DNA of 64,000 nucleotides from Escherichia coli (GTDB taxonomy: Bacteria; Pseudomonadota; Gammaproteobacteria; Enterobacterales; Enterobacteriaceae). Positions 31,968 to 43,361 of the stretch are shown in pieces; within the stretch, counting starts at the first letter, position 1, and each line of letters opens with the position of its first letter. A program made the translations under genes and the position numbers. A model generated the notes under the pieces. That model was given only the letters and a program-made list of their open reading frames with translations. It was not told where the DNA came from and ran no database searches. The stretch lies in assembly GCF_024502345.1 (NCBI RefSeq), contig NZ_JALDNN010000001.1; one strand, written 5' to 3'.

Positions 31968-32764
31968 CAATAAACAAAACTCACAGGTGCAGCACCCGCC
32001 GGATGCGGCAAAATACCCATCGGGATGCCATAAATCATTTCGAGGGTTTCGCCGCGCATAATTTCCGCAGGCGTTCCCTGAGCAATCATTTCACCACCGC
32101 GCAGGGCGACCAGATAATCACAGTAGCGTGCCGCCATATTGATATCGTGCAGCACGGCAATGACCGTCAGGCCACGTTCCTGACTTAAACGGTGCACCAG
32201 CGCCAGCACATCAACCTGGTGGGCGATATCCAGCGCCGAAGTCGGTTCGTCGAGCAACAGACAACGGCTATCCTGCGCCACCAGCATGGCGATCCACGCC
32301 CGCTGACGTTCGCCGCCAGAGAGACTATCGACCAGCCGATGCGCCAGCGGTTTTAAGCCAACCAGCGAGATAGCTTCCTCGACCTTTTCGCGATCTGCCG
32401 CACCAAAGCGCCCCAGCGCGCCATGCCACGGGTAACGACCAATCGCCACCAGTTCACGCACGGTCATCCCTTCTGCCGGAGGAAGCTGCTGCGGCAAATA
32501 AGCCACTTTGCGGGCAAACGCTTTGCTGCTCCAGCTTTCCAGCGGCTGGGCATCAAGAAGAATCTCCCCTTCTGACGGAGGCTGATGACGGCCAAGCATT
32601 TTGAGCAGAGTGGATTTACCAGAACCGTTGTGACCAATCAGACCGGTCACTTTCCCGGTAGGAAAGGTTAACGACAGCGGATGCAAAAGCGTGCGCCCGG
32701 GCACACGAAAGGAGATATTACGCAGTGCAAAAGTGGTATCGGAATGATTCGTGTATTCCTGCAT
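31967..32764 (-). CDS. fhuC: ferric hydroxamate ABC transporter ATPase FhuC
   Basis: 265-aa product from the ATG at 32764..32762 (MQEYTNHSDTTFALRNISF…); Walker A GHNGSGKST and ABC signature LSGGERQR. Confidence 0.95.
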   Translation of the reverse strand: MQEYTNHSDTTFALRNISFRVPGRTLLHPLSLTFPTGKVTGLIGHNGSGKSTLLKMLGRHQPPSEGEILLDAQPLESWSSKAFARKVAYLPQQLPPAEGMTVRELVAIGRYPWHGALGRFGAADREKVEEAISLVGLKPLAHRLVDSLSGGERQRAWIAMLVAQDSRCLLLDEPTSALDIAHQVDVLALVHRLSQERGLTVIAVLHDINMAARYCDYLVALRGGEMIAQGTPAEIMRGETLEMIYGIPMGILPHPAGAAPVSFVY

Positions 32765-32814
32765 AACAGCCAACTTGTGAAATGGGCACGGAAATCCGTG
32801 CCCCAAAAGAGAAA

Positions 32815-35004
32815 TTAGAAACGGAAGGTTGCGGTTGCAACGACCTGACGTTCTGCGCCCCAGAAGCAGCCATAAGTCTGGAAGCAACTGGCAACATACT
32901 CACGATCGAGCAAATTGTTGACGTTCACAGCAAGGCTGGATCCCGCCATACCAAAGCGTGCCAGATCATATTTTACAACAGCATCCATTACAGCTGCGCT
33001 ACCCACTTTAAAAGTGTTTGCCGGATCACCATAGCTGGAACCAATAAAACGACCACCTGTTCCCAATGTTAAACCAGAAAGCGGCCCTTCATTGAAGGTA
33101 TAATCCCCCCAGAGAGATGCCATATGCTCCGGTACTTGTTCTGGAGTTTTACCTTTGAGATTGGTGTCTTTGGTGTATTCCGCATCGGTGTAGGTATAAG
33201 AAGCCGTCAAGTTAATATTGGCATTTAACGCCGCTTTTGCTTCAAGTTCCACACCACGAGCGCGAATCTCACCTGCTGGGACTTGCGCTAATGGGTTTGT
33301 TGGGTCTGCTGTCAGGTTATTTGTTTTCGTCAATTGATAGACTGCGCCCGTAACAACGACCGGCATATCATTCGGAACATATTTTACGCCAGCTTCATAC
33401 TGTTCACCTTTCGATGGCTTATAGGAAATGCGCGGGTTGCTCCACAGATCGAAAGCACTCGGTTCAAAGGACTGGCTATAGCTAAAGTAAGGTGAAATAC
33501 CATTATCGAATAAGTAATTTACACCACCGCGCCAGGTGAACTGATGATCATTGCGCTCAATATAACCTTCAGTCGGCGTATAAGAGTTTTCACGAACAGT
33601 GGTCGCTTGCTTAGACCAATCGTAGCGTCCCCCCAGAGTGAATACCCATTTATTCCATTCCGCCTGATCCTGAACATAAATACCTGTTTGTTTGCTTTCA
33701 TTCATCTGGTATGGCTCTGCGCTACCAAATGCAAAGTATTCAGGGTGATATTTGTTATAAAGATCGATGGATGGTGCGGATCCAAAGCTGGCATTGATAT
33801 CATTACGCATCCGCATGAAGTCTACCCCTGTCAGCAAAGTATGCTCGACGTCACCTGTAGCAAACTTACTTTCAAGTTGGGTATCAACGCTAAAGTTTTG
33901 TAGACGCTCATTATCCACCACTGTCCCGCGGTTTAGGGTATGACCATCACCAGCAATCCCTGTGCCATAAACACTTTTCTGTGAGGTTTTCATTTCACTG
34001 AAACGCAGATTCTGACGCACGGTGAAGGTGTCATTAAAACCATGTTCAAAACTATATCCCACCATTTTCTGGTTACGGGAGTATGTATTATTCGATGCAC
34101 CTTCATTGAAGTCAGTCGGTAGACGCTTACCATTAGGCAATGGCTCAACGGTCCCCTCTTTCGGCAACCAACCGTAATAACCCGTTTCTGGTTCATTCTG
34201 GAAATAGGACAGGAAAGTAAAATTGGTTTTGTCGTCTGGACGCCATGAGAATGATGGAGCAATGGTATAACGCTGAGATTCAGAGTTTTTCTGCTGTTCG
34301 TTTGTTGAGCGAGCGAGGCCCGTCAAACGGTAAGAGAACTCACCGTTATCATCCAGTGCATCACTGAAATCGAATCCGGTCTGAAACAGATTATCCGTCC
34401 CCATTTTAAACTGAATTTCTTTCAGGGGTTCAGTGGTCGGACGTTTACTCACCATAGAAATAATCCCACCAGGATTACTTTTTCCATAGAGAACAGACGT
34501 CGGCCCACGCATCAGTTCAACCCTCTCGAGCATGTAAGGATCAATCACAGCATCGTTATAAAAGTTGCCCTGAAGTTTTAGTCCATCAAGGTAATTATTT
34601 TGATTCAGACCAACAGATGAGAAACCACGAATGATAACAAAATCATATGTATTAGAAGCACCACGACTGCTAACCGTAACGCCAGGTGTATAACCTAATG
34701 CTTCTTTTACAGACTGAAATTGATGCATCTGCATCTCTTCATTTGTCACAACCGAAATAGACTGCGGCGTTTTTTCAATTGGTGTATCCGTTTTAGTCGC
34801 AGTAGCAGAGTGCTTCGCCGCAATAGTTGCAGCAGGCCCCCATGCGCTTTCTTGCGGCGCAGGTGCAGCGGTAACGGTGATAGTGTCTTCTTTCGGTTCA
34901 ACCGCTGCCTGTGCATAAACAGACATGCCGCTAACCGCTGTGGCTACTACAACTGCGATTTTACGCAGTGAGTGTTTTGGCTGAGCAGTTTTGGAACGCG
35001 CCAT
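32815..35004 (-). CDS. fhuA: ferrichrome outer membrane transporter FhuA, divergent mosaic allele (729 aa)
   Basis: TonB-dependent receptor with signal peptide and C-terminal …VVATATFRF; the N-terminal ~60 and C-terminal ~30 residues match the K-12 protein as recalled, while the central plug/barrel/loop region is substituted throughout and shorter. Confidence 0.93.
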   Translation of the reverse strand: MARSKTAQPKHSLRKIAVVVATAVSGMSVYAQAAVEPKEDTITVTAAPAPQESAWGPAATIAAKHSATATKTDTPIEKTPQSISVVTNEEMQMHQFQSVKEALGYTPGVTVSSRGASNTYDFVIIRGFSSVGLNQNNYLDGLKLQGNFYNDAVIDPYMLERVELMRGPTSVLYGKSNPGGIISMVSKRPTTEPLKEIQFKMGTDNLFQTGFDFSDALDDNGEFSYRLTGLARSTNEQQKNSESQRYTIAPSFSWRPDDKTNFTFLSYFQNEPETGYYGWLPKEGTVEPLPNGKRLPTDFNEGASNNTYSRNQKMVGYSFEHGFNDTFTVRQNLRFSEMKTSQKSVYGTGIAGDGHTLNRGTVVDNERLQNFSVDTQLESKFATGDVEHTLLTGVDFMRMRNDINASFGSAPSIDLYNKYHPEYFAFGSAEPYQMNESKQTGIYVQDQAEWNKWVFTLGGRYDWSKQATTVRENSYTPTEGYIERNDHQFTWRGGVNYLFDNGISPYFSYSQSFEPSAFDLWSNPRISYKPSKGEQYEAGVKYVPNDMPVVVTGAVYQLTKTNNLTADPTNPLAQVPAGEIRARGVELEAKAALNANINLTASYTYTDAEYTKDTNLKGKTPEQVPEHMASLWGDYTFNEGPLSGLTLGTGGRFIGSSYGDPANTFKVGSAAVMDAVVKYDLARFGMAGSSLAVNVNNLLDREYVASCFQTYGCFWGAERQVVATATFRF

Positions 35005-35026
35005 TGGTATATCTCTGATGTAAAGT

Positions 35027-35077
35027 GAATGATAACGTAAACGAGAATGATTATTATAAAGATAAGATAATATTCGA
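35027..35077 (-). promoter_or_regulatory. Fur-box region in the fhuA promoter
   Basis: Overlapping GATAAT/ATTATC hexamers (gaatgattattataaagataagataatattc) 25-75 nt upstream of the fhuA ATG. Confidence 0.6.
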
Positions 35078-35223
35078 AACGCTGGCGGGTTCGCAAGCGG
35101 TACGCAATCTGAGCGTTCCTGAAGGGTTAATAAACAACCAGATGAAAAGAAAGGGTTAATATCTTAGATGGGATGTTATTTTACCGGATGGCAACTCGCC
35201 ATCCGGTATTTCACGCTTAGATG

Positions 35224-37758
35224 TTAATTACTACCAAACATATCCTTGATCCAACCGGCTACACCGTCTCTGTCTTTCTGCTCTTGCTGAGCAGGTTGCT
35301 GTTGCGGCTGTTGCTGCGGCTGAGAAGACTGATCAAACGGATTGCCTGACGGCTGCTGCTGCATCTCACTCTGCTGGCACAGCGATTGCGGATCGCTGGT
35401 CCAGACCGGCAAGACACGCATGCCACCGCTGCAAACAAAGTTGCCGTCGTAGTCCACGCCCATATCTGCAATATCTTCTGGCGGAACAAGATTCAGCGGC
35501 GTTGGCGTCTGGTTAGCCAGATAACGCTGATAAATCGACATTGCCCCGCTGGCTCCATACAGTTTGGTCGGCTGGTTGTTATCACGGCCTACCCAGGTGA
35601 TGGTCACCGTGCTGCCGTCAATGCCTGCAAACCAGGTATCTACGTTATTGTTGGTAGTCCCTGTTTTCCCTGCCAGATGCAGGTTCGGGTATTTCGCCCC
35701 AAGCTGACGACCCGTACCACGTTGTACCACCTGCTGCATGGTCCATAGTGTCAGATACGCCGCCTGCGCCGGAACAGCGCGTTCTGCCTGCGGGAAGCTC
35801 TGATACAGCACCTTGCCATCTTCCGCGATTACCGAACGCAGTGCAGAAAGCGGTGCACGGTTACCACCGCTGGCGATGGTCTGGAACGCCTGCGCCACTT
35901 CGATTGGCGTTAAGTTCAACGCCCCCAGCAGCATCGCCGGAACCGGATGCAGCTGATCTTTCGGTACGCCCAGTTTGATCCAGGTATCCGTAACTGCAGG
36001 CAGCCCCAGCGCCATCCCCAGATTTACCGTCGGCACGTTCATCGAACGGGTCAACGCATCCACCAGCATCACTCTGCCGCTTTCGCTATAACGACGGTCA
36101 TCGTTCTGCGGTGACCAGACCTGGCCATTCGGCTGACGCAGCGCGATTGGCGCATCGGCAATCCACGTGTTCAGGCGATAGATTTTCGGCTGGCTTAAAG
36201 CCGTCAGATAAGTCGCTGGTTTTGCAAGGGAACCAATCGAACGACGCGCCTGCATCGCACGGTTGTAGCCCGCAAACTGCGGCTCAGAACCTCCGACCAT
36301 CGCACGAACTTCACCACTAAAGCGGTCGACGACCACAATCGCAGTTTCAAGATCGCTCAACTTACGCTGTTTCTTCAGTGCCGGAATGCCTTCCACGGCG
36401 GCTTTTTCTGCCGCGTCCTGGGCCACCGAGTCAAAGGTAGTGAAGATCTTCACGCCGGAGAGATCTTTTACCTTATCGCCCAGTTTTGCCTGCAGCTCCT
36501 GACGCACCAGTTGCATAAAGGCTGGCTGAGGAGAGATCACCCCACCGCGCGGCTGAACCCCCAGCGGACGGGCACTCAACATGTCATAGAGTTCTTGATC
36601 AATAATCTGTTGCTGTTGCAGCAGACGCAGCACCAGATTACGTCGCTCCAGCGCCAGTTTTGGGTTACGCCACGGGTTGTAGATGGACGCCCCTTTCACC
36701 ATACCGACTAACAGCGCCTGCTGGTCGAGGCTTAGCTCTTCTACCGGGCGACCAAAGTAATACAAGCTTGCCAGCGGGAAGCCGCGGATTTCGTTGTCGC
36801 CGCTCTGACCGAGATACACCTCGTTCATATACAGCTCAAGAATACGGTCTTTGCTGTAACGCGCGTCCATGATCAGCGCCATGTAAGCTTCGTTCGCTTT
36901 ACGCCAGTAAGAACGCTCGCTGGAGAGGAACAGGTTTTTCACCAGCTGTTGCGTCAGCGTACTCGCACCCTGTACCGTGCGACCTGCGGTCAGGTTTGCC
37001 AGCACCGCACGTCCGATGGAGTAGAGGCTGATGCCGTCATGCTCGTAAAAATGACGGTCTTCTGTCGCCAGCAAAGTATCCACCAGCAAATCCGGGAAAC
37101 CACTGCGCGGCACAAACAGACGCTGCTCACCGTTTGGCGAAGAGATCATGGTGATCAGACGCGGATCAAGACGGAAAAAGCCGAACTGACGGTTGTTCTC
37201 CATATTGACGATCGTCGCCAGATGATCACCATCAAAGGTCAGACGCGCACGCACCTGCCCTTCTTTACTGTCCGGGAAATCAAACGGACGGCGGATCATC
37301 TCAATGCTGTTGGCCTGCACGGTAAATTCGCCAGGACGGGTCATTTTCGACACCTGGCGATACTGGGTCGCCTCCAGCAGCTTCACCATCTCGTTCTTGC
37401 TGATGGTCATGTCTGGCTCAAGGTTGACCATTCGGCCATAAACTGCCGCAGGCAGTTGCCAGACCTTGCCATCAATACGGCTACGAATTTTTTGATCGAG
37501 ATAAACGCCGTAAATGGCGATCAGCACGGCAAAAACGATAGCCAGTTTTAACAGCAGCCATAGCCAGCCGCGTTTGCCACGAGGCTTACGCCCTTTGCCT
37601 TTGCCCTTACCTTTGCGCGGCATCGGTTCTTCATCCTCATAGTCATCATAATCGTCGTAATCATCGTCATCTTCGTAACGACGACGGCTTACCTTTTGTT
37701 TGACCGGACGCGTCGGTTTCCCTTTGCGTCCAATTGGCTCGCGGTCATTCCCGGCCAT
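35224..37758 (-). CDS. mrcB: penicillin-binding protein 1B (bifunctional glycosyltransferase/transpeptidase)
   Basis: 844-aa product from the ATG at 37758..37756 ([15 protein letters not shown]…); acidic and lysine-rich cytoplasmic tail, transglycosylase then transpeptidase regions. Confidence 0.95.
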   Translation of the reverse strand: MAGNDREPIGRKGKPTRPVKQKVSRRRYEDDDDYDDYDDYEDEEPMPRKGKGKGKGRKPRGKRGWLWLLLKLAIVFAVLIAIYGVYLDQKIRSRIDGKVWQLPAAVYGRMVNLEPDMTISKNEMVKLLEATQYRQVSKMTRPGEFTVQANSIEMIRRPFDFPDSKEGQVRARLTFDGDHLATIVNMENNRQFGFFRLDPRLITMISSPNGEQRLFVPRSGFPDLLVDTLLATEDRHFYEHDGISLYSIGRAVLANLTAGRTVQGASTLTQQLVKNLFLSSERSYWRKANEAYMALIMDARYSKDRILELYMNEVYLGQSGDNEIRGFPLASLYYFGRPVEELSLDQQALLVGMVKGASIYNPWRNPKLALERRNLVLRLLQQQQIIDQELYDMLSARPLGVQPRGGVISPQPAFMQLVRQELQAKLGDKVKDLSGVKIFTTFDSVAQDAAEKAAVEGIPALKKQRKLSDLETAIVVVDRFSGEVRAMVGGSEPQFAGYNRAMQARRSIGSLAKPATYLTALSQPKIYRLNTWIADAPIALRQPNGQVWSPQNDDRRYSESGRVMLVDALTRSMNVPTVNLGMALGLPAVTDTWIKLGVPKDQLHPVPAMLLGALNLTPIEVAQAFQTIASGGNRAPLSALRSVIAEDGKVLYQSFPQAERAVPAQAAYLTLWTMQQVVQRGTGRQLGAKYPNLHLAGKTGTTNNNVDTWFAGIDGSTVTITWVGRDNNQPTKLYGASGAMSIYQRYLANQTPTPLNLVPPEDIADMGVDYDGNFVCSGGMRVLPVWTSDPQSLCQQSEMQQQPSGNPFDQSSQPQQQPQQQPAQQEQKDRDGVAGWIKDMFGSN

Positions 37759-37855
37759 GCTTTTTCTCCGCAATATTCAGGCGCAAAAGCCCGATTTTCT
37801 GTTCTTCTGTTGCAAGACAGAAGAAGATATCTCTCAAAATTTGTGCTCGATCGGT

Positions 37856-37941
37856 CCCCTCTCCCTTGAGGGAGAGGGTTAGGGTGAGGGTGAACGTGCG
37901 CGCTGATGCCCTCACCCCGGCCCTCTCCCACAGGGAGAGGG
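37856..37941. repeat. GC-rich nested palindromic element in the hrpB-mrcB intergenic region
   Basis: Three consecutive GC hairpins: CCCTCTCCC-ttga-GGGAGAGGG (37857..37878), GGGTGAGGG…CCCTCACCC (37882..37917), CCCTCTCCC-aca-GGGAGAGGG (37921..37941); the outer arms can also pair with each other. Confidence 0.5.
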
Positions 37942-37953
37942 AGAAAACCAACC

Positions 37954-40383
37954 TTACGAATACTTTTTCGTCCGTCGCGTCGGTGCCGTGTTTGCCGGGT
38001 CGTCCGGCCAGACGTGTTTGGGATAACGCCCTTTCATCTCCTTTTGCACCTCACGATACGCCCCTTTCCAGAAGGCCCCCAAATCACGCGTGATTTGCAG
38101 CGGCCTTTGGGCAGGGGAAAGCAACTCCAGCACCAGCGGCACGCGCCCCTGGGCGATCGTCGGATTGGTGGCCTCACCAAACATCTCCTGCATTCTCACC
38201 GCCAGCGCGGGCGGGTTATCTTCATGATAACGAATGGCGATCCGGCTTCCCGTCGGCACAGTGTAATGCGCAGGCAATTCACTATCCAGACGTTGCTGCA
38301 TTCCCCAATCAAGTAATCCGCGTAGTGCCTGATAAATGTCGAGTGATTTCAGGCCGCGTAGTGAATGCACGCCGGTCATATGTGGCAGCAGCCACGTTTC
38401 CAGCGTCGCCAACAAACTTTCATTATCAACCGCAGGCCAGTCATATTCCGGCAACCACTTTGCGGCGCATAACAAACGCAAGCGTAGCTGTTCCGCTTCC
38501 GCCGTCCAGTTGAGCATGCTTAAACCTTTATCACGAATGCCATTAAGCATCGCCTGATGCAACTCGTCTTCCGAGGGTTTCGCCAGCGGCTGCACTTTCA
38601 CCGTCAGCAGACCGATTTGCAGCCGACGCCAGGCTTTCAGCGTACCTTGCGCGTCATCCCACTCCACAGTGTCAGACTGCTGTACCAGCTGCGGGCAGCG
38701 TTGTACTAACTCATCAATATCGACCGGCAGCGCCAGTAAAATCCGCGCATCCGGCGAGGCGCTGCCCTGCAATAATAACGGTGCGATCAACCATTCGTGG
38801 CGGCTTAGCGCGTCGTCGGCATCGAGCATCGCTCCCATGCCGTTTGCCAGTTGATAGCGTCCATTTTGCCCACGGCGATGAGCAATGCGATCGGCAAACG
38901 CCCCGGCAAGTAGCGGCGCGATAAGCGAACTGTCTGCCTCACCGCCGCGTACGTTTAAGCGTTTTAACAGTTGCTGACTACGTTGCTGCCAGGCTGGTTG
39001 ATTGCGCGAAAACGCCACGCCCAGGTCACTATTGCCCATCCGTGGCGGCTCTTCGAGAATGGCGGCAATTTTTGCCGCGGTAGCAGCTTCGTCGTCGTTC
39101 TTCGCGCTAACCAGCATTGCCGCTAAACGCGGATCGTTACCCAGCGCTGCCATTTTTTGCCCTTGCGCACTAAGCCGTTCACCCTCCAGTGCCCCCAGCA
39201 TTTGTAACAGACGTTTCGCGGCCAGTAGATTCACTACTGGCGGTTGATCCAGCCAGCTCATCTGCGCCGGATCGCTGCATCCCCATTGCAGTAATTCCAT
39301 CAGCAAACCGGAAAGATCGCTTTGTAAGATCTCCGGTTCACTTTGCGCCGCGGCGCGTTCTGCTTGTTCTTTGGCGATTAAATGCAGGCTGATACCCGGC
39401 TCCAGACGCCCGGCGCGCCCGGCACGCTGCGTCATGGATGCCTGGCTAACGCGTTGAGTAATCAGTCGCGTAAGCCCCGTGCGCGGATCAAAACGCGCCA
39501 CACGCTCCTGGGCACAATCCACCACCAGACGAATACCTTCAATGGTTAAACTGGTTTCAGCAATATTGGTCGCCAGCACCACTTTGCGCATCCCTTGCGG
39601 TGCCGGGAGGATCGCTTTTCGCTGATCGTTCAGCGACAACGCGCCATACAGCGGGCAGAGCAACACATCACTGCCGATGCGCGAAGCCAGTTGTTCCTGC
39701 ACACGCTGAATTTCTCCGACGCCAGGTAAAAATAACAGTAATGATCCGCTTTCCTGACGCAGCATTTCGGCGGTGGCTACCGCAACGGCTTCGTCAAAAC
39801 GCTGATGCGCGGGCAGCGGTAAATAATGGCGTTCAACCGGAAACGAGCGCCCTTCTGAGATGACGACGGGCGCTTCTGGCAGCATTTGCTGCAAGCGGTC
39901 GTTATCCAGCGTAGCCGACATAATCAGCAGTTTAAGGTCATCACGCAGACCTTGTTGCACATCGAGTAACAGCGCCAACGCCAAATCCGCCTGCAAGCTG
40001 CGCTCATGAAATTCATCGAGGATCACCAATCCAACACCGCTCAGTTCCGGGTCACGCTGGATCATGCGCGTCAGCACGCCTTCGGTAACCACTTCCAGGC
40101 GGGTATTCGGCCCGACGCAGTTTTGCGCACGCATCCGGTAGCCAACGGTATCGCCTGGCTTTTCGTTAAGCAGCTCCGCCAGTCGTTGCGCGACGTTACG
40201 CGCCGCCAGACGACGCGGCTCCAGCAGGATAATTTTCCCGTTAATGCCGGGATGCGCCAGCAGTTGCAGCGGCAGCCAGGTTGATTTCCCGGCCCCGGTC
40301 GGCGCACTTAATAATACCTGCGGCGCACAATCGAGAGCGGTAAGTAATTCAGGTAAGACGGCAGCAACGGGCAACGACGACAC
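37954..40383 (-). CDS. hrpB: ATP-dependent RNA helicase HrpB (DEAH-box), GTG start
   Basis: 809-aa product from a GTG (plus-strand cac at 40381..40383) giving MSSLPVAAVLPELL…; Walker A GAGKST and DEFH motif. Confidence 0.9.
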   Translation of the reverse strand: MSSLPVAAVLPELLTALDCAPQVLLSAPTGAGKSTWLPLQLLAHPGINGKIILLEPRRLAARNVAQRLAELLNEKPGDTVGYRMRAQNCVGPNTRLEVVTEGVLTRMIQRDPELSGVGLVILDEFHERSLQADLALALLLDVQQGLRDDLKLLIMSATLDNDRLQQMLPEAPVVISEGRSFPVERHYLPLPAHQRFDEAVAVATAEMLRQESGSLLLFLPGVGEIQRVQEQLASRIGSDVLLCPLYGALSLNDQRKAILPAPQGMRKVVLATNIAETSLTIEGIRLVVDCAQERVARFDPRTGLTRLITQRVSQASMTQRAGRAGRLEPGISLHLIAKEQAERAAAQSEPEILQSDLSGLLMELLQWGCSDPAQMSWLDQPPVVNLLAAKRLLQMLGALEGERLSAQGQKMAALGNDPRLAAMLVSAKNDDEAATAAKIAAILEEPPRMGNSDLGVAFSRNQPAWQQRSQQLLKRLNVRGGEADSSLIAPLLAGAFADRIAHRRGQNGRYQLANGMGAMLDADDALSRHEWLIAPLLLQGSASPDARILLALPVDIDELVQRCPQLVQQSDTVEWDDAQGTLKAWRRLQIGLLTVKVQPLAKPSEDELHQAMLNGIRDKGLSMLNWTAEAEQLRLRLLCAAKWLPEYDWPAVDNESLLATLETWLLPHMTGVHSLRGLKSLDIYQALRGLLDWGMQQRLDSELPAHYTVPTGSRIAIRYHEDNPPALAVRMQEMFGEATNPTIAQGRVPLVLELLSPAQRPLQITRDLGAFWKGAYREVQKEMKGRYPKHVWPDDPANTAPTRRTKKYS

Positions 40384-40456
40384 AAAACGCTCCAGAGGGT
40401 TAACATTCTTCGCGCCACATTGTAGCATCGCGGTAATTCATAACCGAGTGCCTCAC

Positions 40457-41706
<1,250 letters not shown>

Positions 41707-41883
41707 TAAAGTAAGTAACTGGTTAATTTACATTCTGGTCGCGTGCGCAAATACGCTTTTCCTCACACAGTTGTCAAGTGTTACGTTTAGATAATTGCTA
41801 TCCGGAAAAGCATCTGCTATTTATAGCGGCCTCATTTTTCCCCCGAACATGGGGATCGATAGTGCGTGTTAAGGAGAAGCAAC

Positions 41884-42339
41884 ATGCAAGAAGGGCAAAA
41901 CCGTAAAACATCGTCCCTGAGTATTCTCGCCATCGCTGGGGTGGAACCATATCAGGAGAAGCCGGGCGAAGAGTATATGAATGAAGCCCAGCTGGCGCAC
42001 TTCCGTCGTATTCTGGAAGCATGGCGTAATCAACTCAGGGATGAAGTCGATCGCACCGTTACACATATGCAGGATGAAGCAGCCAACTTCCCGGACCCGG
42101 TAGACCGTGCAGCCCAGGAAGAAGAGTTCAGCCTCGAACTGCGTAACCGCGATCGCGAGCGTAAGCTGATCAAAAAGATCGAGAAGACGCTGAAAAAAGT
42201 GGAAGACGAAGATTTCGGCTACTGCGAATCCTGCGGTGTTGAAATTGGTATTCGCCGTCTGGAAGCGCGCCCGACAGCCGATCTGTGCATCGACTGCAAA
42301 ACGCTGGCTGAAATTCGCGAAAAACAGATGGCTGGCTAA
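41884..42339 (+). CDS. dksA: RNA polymerase-binding transcription factor DksA
   Basis: 151-aa product from the ATG at 41884 ([15 protein letters not shown]…); C4 zinc finger [25 protein letters not shown]. Confidence 0.97.
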   Translation: MQEGQNRKTSSLSILAIAGVEPYQEKPGEEYMNEAQLAHFRRILEAWRNQLRDEVDRTVTHMQDEAANFPDPVDRAAQEEEFSLELRNRDRERKLIKKIEKTLKKVEDEDFGYCESCGVEIGIRRLEARPTADLCIDCKTLAEIREKQMAG

Positions 42340-42367
42340 TTACAGCCGTTCCATCACGTTTACCACA

Positions 42368-42395
42368 GGCGGGAAATGCTCCCGCCTTATTTTTT
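42368..42395 (+). terminator. intrinsic terminator downstream of dksA
   Basis: Hairpin GGCGGGA-aatgc-TCCCGCC followed by TTATTTTTT; the first in-frame ATG of the gluQ ORF lies in its loop. Confidence 0.7.
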
Positions 42396-43302
42396 GTTCA
42401 AAGAGATGACAGACACACAGTATATTGGCCGCTTCGCCCCCTCTCCTTCCGGCGAGCTTCATTTTGGCTCTCTGATCGCCGCGCTCGGCAGCTATTTGCA
42501 GGCTCGCGCCCGGCAAGGTCGCTGGCTGGTACGCATAGAAGATATCGACCCGCCTCGTGAAGTTCCCGGTGCCGCAGAAACTATCCTGCGCCAGCTGGAA
42601 CATTACGGTCTGCACTGGGACGGCGATGTTCTCTGGCAATCGCAACGTCACGACGCCTATCGTGAAGCACTCGCCTGGTTACATGAACAAGGACTAAGTT
42701 ATTACTGCACCTGTACGCGTGCGCGTATTCAAAGCATTGGCGGTATTTACGACGGTCATTGCCGGGTGTTGCATCATGGACCAGACAATGCCGCAGTGCG
42801 TATCCGCCAGCAGCATCCGGTCACGCAATTTACTGACCAGCTGCGCGGCATTATTCACGCCGACGAAAAACTGGTACGGGAAGATTTTATCATTCATCGC
42901 CGTGATGGGTTGTTCGCCTACAACCTGGCTGTTGTGGTTGATGATCATTTCCAGGGCGTTACAGAAATAGTGCGTGGGGCTGATCTGATTGAACCAACAG
43001 TAAGGCAAATCTCGCTGTACCAGCTTTTTGGCTGGAAAGTGCCAGATTACATTCATCTGCCGCTGGCGCTTAATCCACAAGGCGCTAAACTTTCCAAGCA
43101 GAATCATGCGCCTGCGTTGCCGAAAGGCGATCCACGCCCGGTACTAATCGCGGCACTTCAATTTCTGGGGCAGCAGGCAGAAGCACACTGGCAGGATTTC
43201 AGCGTCGAGCAAATCCTTCAGTCAGCCGTCAAAAACTGGACGCTGACCGCCGTGCCCGAGTCGGCAATTGTAAATTCAACATTCTCAAATGCGTCATGCT
43301 GA
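42376..43302 (+). CDS. gluQ: glutamyl-Q tRNA(Asp) synthetase GluQ (YadB)
   Basis: Truncated GluRS-like catalytic domain without an anticodon-binding domain; longest ORF is 308 aa from 42376; a downstream ATG at 42406 ([10 protein letters not shown]…, 298 aa) lies outside the dksA terminator and may be the real start. Confidence 0.88.
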   Translation: MLPPYFLFKEMTDTQYIGRFAPSPSGELHFGSLIAALGSYLQARARQGRWLVRIEDIDPPREVPGAAETILRQLEHYGLHWDGDVLWQSQRHDAYREALAWLHEQGLSYYCTCTRARIQSIGGIYDGHCRVLHHGPDNAAVRIRQQHPVTQFTDQLRGIIHADEKLVREDFIIHRRDGLFAYNLAVVVDDHFQGVTEIVRGADLIEPTVRQISLYQLFGWKVPDYIHLPLALNPQGAKLSKQNHAPALPKGDPRPVLIAALQFLGQQAEAHWQDFSVEQILQSAVKNWTLTAVPESAIVNSTFSNASC

Positions 43303-43361
43303 GCTATGATTAGCCGCTATTTTTTTGTCCTGAATGATGTTTGACACTACCGAGGTGTACT

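Noticed and set aside
36949-37551. 200-aa plus-strand ORF
   Set aside because: Antisense to mrcB
35560-37758. Acidic and lysine-rich low-complexity tract at the mrcB N-terminus ([27 protein letters not shown]) as a novelty
   Set aside because: This is the known cytoplasmic tail of PBP1b in E. coli, not strain-specific
37689-38316. Cluster of small overlapping ORFs (60-136 aa) on both strands
   Set aside because: They cover the GC-rich palindromic repeats and the hrpB 3' end; the translations are low-complexity repeat artefacts (for example LTLTLSLKGEG), not genes
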